Of a DNA stretch of 60,570 nucleotides, positions 50,394 to 60,126 are shown one piece after another. A program made the translations under genes and the position numbers. Positions within the stretch are counted from its first letter, which is position 1. Each line of letters starts with the position of its first letter. This DNA comes from Clostridiales bacterium (GTDB taxonomy: Bacteria; Bacillota; Clostridia; Lachnospirales; CAMVHY01). The stretch spans positions 1 to 60,570 of the forward strand of contig JAISCN010000028.1 in assembly GCA_031265515.1 (NCBI GenBank). Direction: 5' to 3'. A model generated the notes under the pieces. The model did no database searches. It saw nothing but the letters and a program-made list of their open reading frames with translations, and was not told the DNA's origin.

Positions 50394-51719
50394 TTAGCCG
50401 TGTATAACTTTATAAATAATTTTATTTTTCTTTATTTTTTTATCGCTAAGAACAATTGCATCTTTTAAAATATCGACTGCACGATCTATTTTTTTGTTAT
50501 CGTTACAAAAAATTTCGAATAATATCTCTCTTTTTTTTATAAAATCGTTAATTTTTGTTTTTATAATAATTCCTGCTTCATAATCTATTATTTCGCTTTT
50601 TTTAGTTCTTCCTGCGCCCAATTCAAAAGCTGCTTGACCAATTGTTCTGGCATTTATTTTATTTACAAAACCTTCTTTGTCACTATATATTTTTAATTTA
50701 TATTTAGCTTGTTTTTTAATTATTTTATTATAATCAAAAATTTCATCAGATTGGTTTTTTGTAAAATCTAAAAATTTTTTATATGCATCAAAATTTTCTA
50801 ATTTATTTTTTAATAATTCATAAGCGGATTTTTTATCATTAATAATTCCAGATAAAATCAGCATATTAGAAGCTATCTCATACGATAATTTTAATAATCT
50901 TAAAGAATTTTTGTTTACCTGATTTTTTAAAATCATAATGGCTTCTTGAATTTCTAATAAATTTCCAACATGACTTCCCAGCGGTTCATTCATGTCACTA
51001 ATAATTGCGACAATTTTTTTTTTAAATTTCTTTCCAATTAAAATCATTATATTTGCTAATTTTAAAGCAGAATTCAAATCTTGAATTAAAGCGCCATTTC
51101 CAAATTTAACATCTAATACAAAACCGTCGGCGCCAGTAGCAATTTTTTTGCTCATTATACTAGACGCTATTAACGGCAAACTTTCTACAGTAGAAGTAAC
51201 ATCTCTTAATTCATAAATTTTTTTGTCTGCTACAGCAATTTCATCCGTTTGTTCTATTATGGCTAAACCTGTTTTTTTTGCTAATCCTATTGCTTGTTTA
51301 TCGCTTAAATTTGTTTTTATATTAATAGAATTTAATTTATCGATTGTTCCACCAGTGTATCCTAAACCACGTCCTGACATTTTAATCACAGGCAGACCAC
51401 ACGAAGCAACCCATGGCGCTACTATTAATGTAACAGTATCACCAATACCACCAGTGCTATGTTTATCAATTTTTATCCCAGGTATATCAGATAAATCTAA
51501 AACCTTTCCTGAATTTATCATAGCTCTTGTAAAATCAAAAACTTCTTTCTCAGACATTCCATTTATAAAAATTGCCATCAACATTGCAGAAGTTTGATAA
51601 TCTTTGATTTTATTTTTAATAACACAATCAATAAAAAAAAATATTTCTTTTTCGTTGAGTTCGTAGCCATCTCGTTTTTTTGCAACTATTTCTAAAATAT
51701 TTATAATTTTTTCCACCAT
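50394..51719 (-). CDS. pdp: pyrimidine-nucleoside phosphorylase
   Basis: 'KKRDGYELNEKEI', 'DKHSTGGIGD', 'SGRGLGYTGGTIDKL'. I prefer ATG 51719 (MVEKII...) to the track's TTG 51731. Confidence 0.9.
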   Translation of the reverse strand: MVEKIINILEIVAKKRDGYELNEKEIFFFIDCVIKNKIKDYQTSAMLMAIFINGMSEKEVFDFTRAMINSGKVLDLSDIPGIKIDKHSTGGIGDTVTLIVAPWVASCGLPVIKMSGRGLGYTGGTIDKLNSINIKTNLSDKQAIGLAKKTGLAIIEQTDEIAVADKKIYELRDVTSTVESLPLIASSIMSKKIATGADGFVLDVKFGNGALIQDLNSALKLANIMILIGKKFKKKIVAIISDMNEPLGSHVGNLLEIQEAIMILKNQVNKNSLRLLKLSYEIASNMLILSGIINDKKSAYELLKNKLENFDAYKKFLDFTKNQSDEIFDYNKIIKKQAKYKLKIYSDKEGFVNKINARTIGQAAFELGAGRTKKSEIIDYEAGIIIKTKINDFIKKREILFEIFCNDNKKIDRAVDILKDAIVLSDKKIKKNKIIYKVIHG

Positions 51720-51742
51720 TTTAAATATCAAAAAAAAGTTTT

Positions 51743-54700
51743 TTATTCTCGAACAGATTGTCTTTCGACAGATCTTTTTCTTAAATTAAAAATTGCAAAA
51801 ACTGCAATCAACGCTCCGATTATAGCAATAGATCCCATAGCGCCACACGAAACAGCAACACATATCGCTGATAAGTTAGCAATATTAATAGATAAGCTGC
51901 CAAAAATAATACAAGATGAGGCAAAAATAGTAGCGGTCGATCCTCCGATTAATCTTTCTTTTTTATACAGTTCCATGATTTTTTGATTTGAACTTTCTAA
52001 ACCTTTTTCTATTTTTTCTAATTCAACTGTCTTTTCACTTATATCTTGTTGATATATTCCCGCTCTTTCTGAGAATTGTGTTTCTAAAGATGTAATTTCT
52101 GTACTTTTTTGTTCCATTTCGTCATTCTGTTGTCTCAATCTTTCGCGAAGCGATTGTAATTCTTCCTGTTGAGCACTATTTTCTTCTCTTGCAGTATTCA
52201 AATCTAATCTAGTTCGTTCTAAATCTTCCTGAAATTTAATTTCACGTTCTCTAACTTCAGTTTCTCTTCGTTTAATATTTTCCTGAATTCCTTGTTGTTC
52301 AGATCTAAGATCTTCCATTTCTGCTATTAATTGTTTGTTTTCTGCTGTTAATTGTTCTTTAAGTGTACAAGCATCCCCAGCAACAACTCTTTGTTCTTCT
52401 AATCGATCTTTTAATGATTTTTCTCGATTTTGCGTGTCGATTATCTCAGTTCGTGTACCTTCTAATTCTCCTTCTAATTTTTTTATCTGATTTAACTGCG
52501 TTTTTATTATTTCTGATCGTTCCATTGCAGCTTCTGTCACACTTACAATTTTAGAGTTTAGTTCTTCAAGTGAATCTTGATACGTTTTTAATTCTAAAGT
52601 TTGTTTATCATTTGATTCTCTTAATTCTTTTTCTCTATCTCTAAGTTCATCTATTTCATGTAATATTTTATCTAAATTTTCTTTTAGTGAACTAAGTTTA
52701 CTTTCTTTTTCTTTCAAAGTTTTTTTAGTTGCAGATGATTCTTGAGAATTATCTTTAAGTCTTGCAGTTAGATCATCCAATTGAGTAGTCAAATTTTGTA
52801 TTGTCGAATTAGCTTGTGCTAAATCTTTTTCTCTTCTTGCTAAATCCTCTCTGGCGCTTTTGATATCTTTGACGTGAGTAACACGTTCTGCTTGTAAAAC
52901 TTCTATTTTTGATCTTAAAACAGCAACTGTTTGATTTAAACTTTCATATTCTTTTGCTTTTACTCCGGAACAAGATTCTAATCTTTGATTAATTTCTCTA
53001 AATTCTTGCAGTTCTGCTTTTAAATTTTCTATTTCTCCTTTAGAACGTGATGAAGTTTCAAGTTCTATTTTCAAACGCGTTTCCAAATCTGAAATAGTTT
53101 TTTTGGACTGTTCTGATTCTCTCATTTTTGACTCAGCAGCTCGATCCAGAATTTCTGCATGATTTTTTCTTTCTGCTTCAAGCCTTGAATTCAACTCAGA
53201 AATAGCTTTTCTTAGCTTTTCAAATTCACTTTTAACACTTTCTCTTGTGAACTTAGTACTTTCATATTCCGTGGCTAATTTTGAGTGATCTCGTTTTATC
53301 TCAGCTAATTTTCTATTTAAATCTCTATCAATTAGCTCTAATTGTTCAATTCTGCTCTCATATGCTTTAATTTTTTTTTCGTATAATCTTCTTTCAATAG
53401 AATGTTCTGCAATTATACTGTCTTCTATTTTTTCTATGTCTTCTTGTTCTTCAGGTAAACTCCTTGCGAGGGCACTTCTATCTCTTGAGATTTTACGTGA
53501 TAATTTCAATAAAGTAGTATCTTTTCTACTTGTGGGAATTGCATCTAATTCTTCTAATAACCGTTTATTTTTTTCTCTAACATTTTGAAGATGAGCAATT
53601 AATGCCGGCGGTCTTTGATTGATTTCTTCTTCAAGAATTTTTAATCTTTGCGTTAACCTAGATATCTCTTGACGTTGTGTTGATAAGTTTTCTCTTAATT
53701 TACTTTTTTTCTCACTTTCTTCAACAACAACAAGACTAATCCTTTGAATTTCTTGTCCTAGCTCATCTATTGTTTCACGAGATTTATGCAGATCTTCTCT
53801 CATCTTTTCTTCACATGCTGATAATTCTGCATTTAGTCTTTCTAATTCCAAATTTCTTTTACTAAGATCTTGAGTCTCTTGTTGAGATTTTACTTCTCTA
53901 GTTTTTAGTAATTCACACTCATCAGTTAAACCCCGTGTTTCAGAAACAGCGGTTTCTAATTCATGTTCCAATTCTTCTATTTTAGATAAGCGACTCTCCA
54001 ATTCTGAAATTAATTCAGAATTTTGCGTACTTAAATATTTAAGTTGTTCTTTATTTGCGTCATCAGCATTTTGTAATTCTGTTAATCTTTTAGAAAGCAC
54101 TCTAAGTTTTGTTGCTAAACTATCCTCAACGCTGTAAGTGCATCTAAGGACCCCTACATGACTAATTAATTCTAATTCAGCTTCAAATATTTCTGATATT
54201 TTTTTGTATAATGGGTCACAAAAACTTTCGATCAAATTACAAGTATCCATGACAGATTGTACAGAATCTATACTCGTCAGTACAGAACTTGGTGTTAGTC
54301 CTAAATTTAAATCTATTGGTGTTTGAGGCGTATAAATCACTTTTTCAATTGATAATCTAACATTTGAAACAGCTATAAAAATAGCGCCTAATTCTTTGCG
54401 TAATTTTTCTGAATTGCCTTCCTCTTCTGCACATTTTATTTCTAAGTGTGTTTCGGCATGTAAAGCGGTTATCAATTTTTTTTCCAATTCTTGCAGAACT
54501 CTCATTTGATTTTTTTTCTTTTTAACGTAATATTCACGATAGTGTTGCATCGGAATGTAAAGTTCGAAAGTAAAAAAATCAATTTTTTCATAAAGAAGAT
54601 AAAAAAAATCAAAACCAAAATCTGTTAATATACCGTCTTCATGTAAAGGAAATGGTAATGAAAATATTGCTTCAGTTAATCTATAAATAATACAATCATA

Positions 54701-55192
54701 ATTAATTAATTTAAATAGATCTGTTGTCCTGTATTCTGTATATTGTCTTTCACCCAAACTGATTACATACAATCCAATAAAAAAATCAAGACATTGCTGA
54801 GTATATCCTATACCAAGTGATTTTGTGTCAACTGGTGACAATTCTAGGGATGAAGTTTCAATTTCGATACTTCTTTGTCTGATAAATTCAGAACTGTCTA
54901 TCATTCTCTTTAGATTAAAATCACTATAACCCGAGTTTATCAAATGTGAAAAAATAACTCCGGTATCATGGATAATTAAATTCATTCCAGGGTGAGTAAC
55001 GTTCGATACAGCATTGATTTCATCATCATCTTCCGTTGTTACGTCAATACCTGGTACCCGGTAAGGTGCACTTGTATTTCCTATAAGCTTAAATTTTAAA
55101 AATTTTTGAATACTTAATTTCATTTGTTCAAAGGTTGTTTCTCCTATGACAGGTATGGGTTTTCTTCTTCTAGATTGCATAACTTTCATCAA
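51743..55192 (-). CDS. giant orphan coiled-coil protein with a C-terminal bilobed hairpin anchor (family member, motif class A)
   Basis: 1149 aa. A globular N-domain of about 340 aa is followed by about 740 aa of near-continuous E/L/R/K/Q/S/T heptad-like sequence. The anchor is 'IGGSTATIFASSCIIFGSLSINIANLSAICVAVSCGAMGSIAIIGALIAVFAIFNL' (nt 51782-51949), with tail 'RKRSVERQSVRE'. The start is ambiguous (TTG 55192, ATG 55189 or ATG 55180). It ends 23 nt upstream of pdp on the same strand. Confidence 0.8.
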   Translation of the reverse strand: MMKVMQSRRRKPIPVIGETTFEQMKLSIQKFLKFKLIGNTSAPYRVPGIDVTTEDDDEINAVSNVTHPGMNLIIHDTGVIFSHLINSGYSDFNLKRMIDSSEFIRQRSIEIETSSLELSPVDTKSLGIGYTQQCLDFFIGLYVISLGERQYTEYRTTDLFKLINYDCIIYRLTEAIFSLPFPLHEDGILTDFGFDFFYLLYEKIDFFTFELYIPMQHYREYYVKKKKNQMRVLQELEKKLITALHAETHLEIKCAEEEGNSEKLRKELGAIFIAVSNVRLSIEKVIYTPQTPIDLNLGLTPSSVLTSIDSVQSVMDTCNLIESFCDPLYKKISEIFEAELELISHVGVLRCTYSVEDSLATKLRVLSKRLTELQNADDANKEQLKYLSTQNSELISELESRLSKIEELEHELETAVSETRGLTDECELLKTREVKSQQETQDLSKRNLELERLNAELSACEEKMREDLHKSRETIDELGQEIQRISLVVVEESEKKSKLRENLSTQRQEISRLTQRLKILEEEINQRPPALIAHLQNVREKNKRLLEELDAIPTSRKDTTLLKLSRKISRDRSALARSLPEEQEDIEKIEDSIIAEHSIERRLYEKKIKAYESRIEQLELIDRDLNRKLAEIKRDHSKLATEYESTKFTRESVKSEFEKLRKAISELNSRLEAERKNHAEILDRAAESKMRESEQSKKTISDLETRLKIELETSSRSKGEIENLKAELQEFREINQRLESCSGVKAKEYESLNQTVAVLRSKIEVLQAERVTHVKDIKSAREDLARREKDLAQANSTIQNLTTQLDDLTARLKDNSQESSATKKTLKEKESKLSSLKENLDKILHEIDELRDREKELRESNDKQTLELKTYQDSLEELNSKIVSVTEAAMERSEIIKTQLNQIKKLEGELEGTRTEIIDTQNREKSLKDRLEEQRVVAGDACTLKEQLTAENKQLIAEMEDLRSEQQGIQENIKRRETEVREREIKFQEDLERTRLDLNTAREENSAQQEELQSLRERLRQQNDEMEQKSTEITSLETQFSERAGIYQQDISEKTVELEKIEKGLESSNQKIMELYKKERLIGGSTATIFASSCIIFGSLSINIANLSAICVAVSCGAMGSIAIIGALIAVFAIFNLRKRSVERQSVRE

Positions 55193-55317
55193 CTTTTTTT
55201 GATAGATTTTTTAAAAAATATTAACGGTTCACCATTTCTAATTATACTTTGATTATACAATTATCTTTATTAATATCAAATATTCTACCATTAAAAAAAT
55301 TGACCTTAATTCATACA

Positions 55318-56202
55318 TCAAGTAGAAAACGAAAACTTTTTAACTAAAACAATACCAACAGTCGTTGGACCAACGTGACTTCCAATTACAATTCCGATAT
55401 CAAAAGGTTTAATTTCTATATCTAAATTATATTTGTTTTTTATCGTATTTATTAATTCTATAGCTTCTGTGTTTGATTTCGAGTGGATAACTCCGTATGC
55501 ATAATCATATTTTTTTTCATCTGTGCTTAACAATGTCAACTCAATTATTTTTTTAATCGCATTCTTTCTACCAAAAGTTTTTGAATGTGCAATTATCTCT
55601 CCATCAACAATTCCGATAATTGGTTTTATATTTAAAATATTTGCAGCGGCTGCGGCAGCTTTGCCTATTCGACCGCCTCTTTTTAAATGTTCGAGAGAAT
55701 CAACAGTCAAAAATATTTTTGTATCTTTTTTTATACTTTCTATAAAATCTTTGGTTTCAAATATATTTTTATTGGCATCGCGAGCTTTTGCAGCTTGAAT
55801 AGCGAGCAAACCTTCGCCCATAGAACCACTTTTAGAATCGACTACAACAATTTTTCTATCTGGAAATTTTTCAGAGAGACCTTTGCTTATATTAACAACA
55901 CTTTGATAAGCACCACTTAGTTTCGAACTCATAGATATATACAAAATATCAATACCATCATTTAAAAAATAATTAAATTTATCAAGATAATCTTTTTCCG
56001 ACGGAAATGATGTTTTTGGATAAAGCGTCTTATCACTTATTAATTTCTCATAAAATTCTTCATTGCTTATATCAATATGTTCACGCAAATAATTAATTCT
56101 ATCAAGACTACAGTAAAAACTAATAATTTCTATATCATATTTCGATGCAGTTTCTAAATCCAAATCAGAACATGAATCACATATTATTTTAAAATTTGCC
56201 AA
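55318..56202 (-). CDS. DegV-family fatty-acid-binding protein
   Basis: 294 aa. 'IICDSCSDL', 'KTSFPS', 'LSGAYQS', 'GRIGKAAA', typical of DegV/FakB. Confidence 0.88.
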   Translation of the reverse strand: MANFKIICDSCSDLDLETASKYDIEIISFYCSLDRINYLREHIDISNEEFYEKLISDKTLYPKTSFPSEKDYLDKFNYFLNDGIDILYISMSSKLSGAYQSVVNISKGLSEKFPDRKIVVVDSKSGSMGEGLLAIQAAKARDANKNIFETKDFIESIKKDTKIFLTVDSLEHLKRGGRIGKAAAAAANILNIKPIIGIVDGEIIAHSKTFGRKNAIKKIIELTLLSTDEKKYDYAYGVIHSKSNTEAIELINTIKNKYNLDIEIKPFDIGIVIGSHVGPTTVGIVLVKKFSFST

Positions 56203-56325
56203 TTTAAAATATTCAACTCCAAAAAATTTTTTAATATCTTTATCTCGAGTTTTATTTTTATGTAAAAATATTTATAGTTATAATTATCAACAAATTTTTT
56301 AAGTTAATCATATAAAAACATATAA

Positions 56326-58911
56326 CTAAAATTTAATATTTAAGTTCTTCAAAACTTCTCTGGTTTTATTTATTATTCTGTCATGCAAACTAATATCAAT
56401 TCCTCCTGCTTTTGCATAATTTTTGTTTCCGCCACCCTTAAAATTAAACTCACGAGACAAATTTAAAATTAAATCATTAATATCAAAATTATTTATATTA
56501 CTCAAAGCTGTTAAATTATCATCGTTAAATAAAAATATTACGCAATTATCTTTTTTGTTTTTCATATTATCGATTAATAATTTAAATTTATTTTGATCTA
56601 TTTCTTTATTCAGATAAAAAATAAAGCTAATTTTATTTTTAAAAGTTTCGCAATTATTTATTAAATTATTAGCCACTATTTTTATTTCTTTTGATTTAAA
56701 TTTCTTAATCTCTTCATTAGTTTTTTTTTCTTTTATCTCTAAATAATTAATTTTTTCCAACAATTTTTTTTCCGCACCAATATAATAATTTCTAACTGAG
56801 TCTCCAGTTATAGCTTCTATTCTTTTAATACCCACAGAAATATTTTTTTTATTTATAATTTTAAAACCTAAAATTTCGCTCGTATTTTTAACATGAGTAC
56901 CACTACACATTTCCATACTAAAGTCATCTATATTAACTACTCTAACGACATCTCCATACTTATTATCAAAAAGAGCTATTGCACCACTTTTTTTAGCTTC
57001 ATCGATGTTTTTATAAAATATATCAACGTTCGCACATTTACTAATTTTTTTATTAACAAAATCTTCTATCTCGATTAAATCAATATTATTTAATTCTTTT
57101 TCATAATTAAAATCAAATCTTAATTTTTTTTCATCAACACTTGAACCCATCTGTCTTATATTTTTATTTAAAATTTTTTTTAAAGCTCTGTGAAGTAAAT
57201 GTGTTGCAGTATGGTTTCTAGAAATAGATTTTCTACGATATTTATCTAAAATCATCTCAACATCTTGATTTTCAAAAATTTCTCCGTTAATTAACACACA
57301 TTCATGTAAAAATTTATTTCCAATTCTATAACAAGCAACTATTTTAATTTCTCCAGTTTTTGATCTTAAAATTCCAGTATCAAAAGTTTGCCCAGCACTC
57401 TCAGCAAAAAAAATGCTTTCTCTTAAAACTATAAGGATTTTTTTATCAATAATATTAATTTTTTTTACTAAGATATTTTCATCAATAATAGCCACAACAG
57501 AGCTCTCCAAATATTCTGTATCATACAAAAATTTAGTTTCTCCAAAACTTTTTAGCAAATCAATCAATACTTGATTGATCTTATCTTCATTTTTTTTATT
57601 ATTAGATCTAGACTTTTCACGTTGTTCATTTACTTTTTTATAAAAACTTTCTGAATCTATCTCGCAATTACTATCATCAGCAAATTCTTGAACAATCTCA
57701 AGCGGAAATCCATGTGTATCATATAACCTAAACGCTTCTTCTCCGGAAATTATTCTATTTTTTTTATCATCGCTATTTATATCAAATATTATACTTTTTA
57801 TTTTTTCTATTCCAAGATTTAACGTTTCATCAAATTTATTTTTTTCTTGTTTAATTAAATCTAAAATTTTACTCTTTTTATTCTCAATTTCGCCATAACA
57901 ATCACAGTAAAATTCCATATATTTTATAGCTATACTTTCCAAAATATTATTTTTGATATCTAAAATTTTTATCTTACACATAGCTCTTCTAAGCAATTTT
58001 CTTAAAACATATCCACGGCCATCATTCGAAGGATAAATATCATCACTGATCATAAAAACCGCGGCTTTTATATGATCCATAATAATTCTTACAGCCACAT
58101 CAACTTTTTTGCTATTCCCATAATTAAAATTTAAATTACCAAAAATTTCGTTGCTAATAATTTTATTTTCTTCTATATCAAAAATATAATTAACTTTTTG
58201 TAATACAGCAACAATCCGTTCGAGACCCATTCCGGTATCGATATTTTTTTGGCTTAAATTTAAATATTCATCATCACTAATCTTATTAAATTGTGTAAAA
58301 ACAAGATTCCAGATTTCAATATAATTATCACAATTACACCCAGGACCACAATTTCTATTTTCGCATTTAATATTAAATTCATCGCCACGATAATAATAAA
58401 TCTCACTACATGGACCGCACGGACCTTTGTCAATTTCCCAAAAATTATCTTTTTTATCTAATCTAAAAATTTTTTTTCTATCTAAAATTTCGCACCAGAT
58501 TTCATATGCTTCTAAATCATCTTTAAAAACAGTTACAAATAACTTTCTTTTGTCTATTTCTAAAATTTTTGTTAAAAATTCCCATGCAAAGTGAATTGCT
58601 TCACGTTTAAAATAATCACCAAATGAAAAATTTCCTAACATTTCAAAAAAAGTTGCATGACGTGAAGTTTTTCCAACATTGTCAATATCATTTGTTCTTA
58701 TACATTTTTGACAAGAAACTATACGTTTATAAACAGCTACTTCTTCACCAGAAAAATATTTTTTATACGGCGCCATTCCAGAATTTATTAATAAAAGACT
58801 ATCGTCATTTTGCGGAACTAAAGACAAAGAATTAAACGTTTTATGATCTTTGTTTTTAAAAAAATCTAAAAATAATTTTCTTATAGAATTTAAATCAAAA
58901 ATTTTATTCAA
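56326..58911 (-). CDS. alaS: alanine--tRNA ligase
   Basis: 861 aa. 'HATFFEMLGNFSFGDYFK', 'FWEIDKGPCGPCSEIYY', 'DTGMGLERI', editing-site 'HTATHLLH' and 'CSGTHV', and a C-terminal DHHA1-like region. Confidence 0.95.
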   Translation of the reverse strand: MNKIFDLNSIRKLFLDFFKNKDHKTFNSLSLVPQNDDSLLLINSGMAPYKKYFSGEEVAVYKRIVSCQKCIRTNDIDNVGKTSRHATFFEMLGNFSFGDYFKREAIHFAWEFLTKILEIDKRKLFVTVFKDDLEAYEIWCEILDRKKIFRLDKKDNFWEIDKGPCGPCSEIYYYRGDEFNIKCENRNCGPGCNCDNYIEIWNLVFTQFNKISDDEYLNLSQKNIDTGMGLERIVAVLQKVNYIFDIEENKIISNEIFGNLNFNYGNSKKVDVAVRIIMDHIKAAVFMISDDIYPSNDGRGYVLRKLLRRAMCKIKILDIKNNILESIAIKYMEFYCDCYGEIENKKSKILDLIKQEKNKFDETLNLGIEKIKSIIFDINSDDKKNRIISGEEAFRLYDTHGFPLEIVQEFADDSNCEIDSESFYKKVNEQREKSRSNNKKNEDKINQVLIDLLKSFGETKFLYDTEYLESSVVAIIDENILVKKINIIDKKILIVLRESIFFAESAGQTFDTGILRSKTGEIKIVACYRIGNKFLHECVLINGEIFENQDVEMILDKYRRKSISRNHTATHLLHRALKKILNKNIRQMGSSVDEKKLRFDFNYEKELNNIDLIEIEDFVNKKISKCANVDIFYKNIDEAKKSGAIALFDNKYGDVVRVVNIDDFSMEMCSGTHVKNTSEILGFKIINKKNISVGIKRIEAITGDSVRNYYIGAEKKLLEKINYLEIKEKKTNEEIKKFKSKEIKIVANNLINNCETFKNKISFIFYLNKEIDQNKFKLLIDNMKNKKDNCVIFLFNDDNLTALSNINNFDINDLILNLSREFNFKGGGNKNYAKAGGIDISLHDRIINKTREVLKNLNIKF

Positions 58912-59089
58912 AGAAACCTCGCTTATCCTGAATAGATAGTTTAATTAAAACAAAATAATATTTACCAAAAAAATTACTAAAAACAAAATTACCAACATAT
59001 TTGTATCTTATTTTTTTTAAATTTTTTCTAAATAGTGTAATGGTGTTATATTTGACTAATCGTGTTACTGTTTTTTAATATCATTAATT

Positions 59090-59287
59090 CTAAATTTCAT
59101 CCTGTTGTAGACGACATCCTTCTAACCACTGCTCGCATTCTCGGTACTTTTCTTTGATTTTTTCATATCGTAATGAGCACAATTTCGATTCATAAACGCT
59201 ACAAATTGTTATATTAATAATTAACTTACAAACAAAATAATCCAAGGCATTGCACAACCAAGCGTATTCAAATGAATAAGTCCACAA
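59090..59287 (-). other. overlapping out-of-frame ORF that probably carries the displaced 3' end of gene 59221-60126
   Basis: The other frame reads '..YFVCKLIINITICSVYESKLCSLRYEKIKEKYRECEQWLEGCRLQQDEI*'. This would complete a second hydrophobic lobe and add a basic tail, as in the other family members. It has only a TTG start and no RBS of its own. Confidence 0.45.
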
Positions 59288-60126
59288 CCATCAAATTCAG
59301 TAAATGCATTTTTAGTTTGTCTGACTAACAAATTAAAAATTATTTCACCTGAAACCAGTGTAAGTGATAGAACAGGAATTAGTGAAAGCCAATGACGGAT
59401 GCTATAGCAAAGGACATTTTCTATGGCTTTTTCTTTGTGTATATACAATATGTAATCGTAAAATTCTTGATTGTTAAGAAGTTGTTTTTTTATTTCTTTC
59501 TCTTCGACACCTTTAAGCAACAAACAAACGGCTTTTATATAACCATTATTCCACATATCAAAATAATTTCGACCAGAATATTTCTGCTCTCGATAATGAG
59601 GAGCTGAATATTGATGTCTTGTTGTTTCAGATACATAAGTATCAGATTCAGGAATAGTTGGATGTTTCTTAAGACTATCAATTGCTAGACCAAATAAAAT
59701 AATAGCAGCTTCGCGCGGGAAAATAAACTGATCAACATCTACATGTCCCAAACTTGGAAGATACACTCGTTTAAGACTTTTAATCCACTCTTCAGGTTTT
59801 GCAATATAATTTTCTACAATCTCCGCTATAAAAGATAAACCACTATCCTCGCTAAAAACTTCTCTTATAAGCGAAACTATATCTCTTGCCTGAGATATAT
59901 TTTCATTAATTAAAGCATCGTTTGCTTGAAATATAGCAACATGATCTAAACTCTCACCAATAACTGAACTTTTTTCATTAAGTATTCCTGGTAATTCGCA
60001 TTGAAAACGTTTAGACTTTGCGTAAGATGAATCAATATCGTAATTAATGTACCTGTCAGATCCAAATCTCAAATTATTTTTTATATCTAAAAACTGTTGA
60101 TAAACACTTTCTCTAGTTAGTTGCAT
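59221..60126 (-). CDS. orphan protein with a C-terminal hydrophobic domain, apparently interrupted by a frameshift (family member by architecture)
   Basis: 301 aa with RBS AAGAGGGA, no signal peptide. TM1 'WLSLIPVLSLTLVSGEIIFNLLV', loop, then '..GCAMPWIILFVS*'. The stop falls inside the second hydrophobic lobe. See 59090-59287. Confidence 0.65.
   Translation of the reverse strand: MQLTRESVYQQFLDIKNNLRFGSDRYINYDIDSSYAKSKRFQCELPGILNEKSSVIGESLDHVAIFQANDALINENISQARDIVSLIREVFSEDSGLSFIAEIVENYIAKPEEWIKSLKRVYLPSLGHVDVDQFIFPREAAIILFGLAIDSLKKHPTIPESDTYVSETTRHQYSAPHYREQKYSGRNYFDMWNNGYIKAVCLLLKGVEEKEIKKQLLNNQEFYDYILYIHKEKAIENVLCYSIRHWLSLIPVLSLTLVSGEIIFNLLVRQTKNAFTEFDGCGLIHLNTLGCAMPWIILFVS

Noticed and set aside
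58912-59089. Expected T-box leaders upstream of alaS (and of metG at 21190-21234).
   Set aside because: No T-box core (GGTGGTACC-like) or specifier-loop architecture is visible. The metG upstream gap is only 45 nt. I record this as an absence, not a feature.
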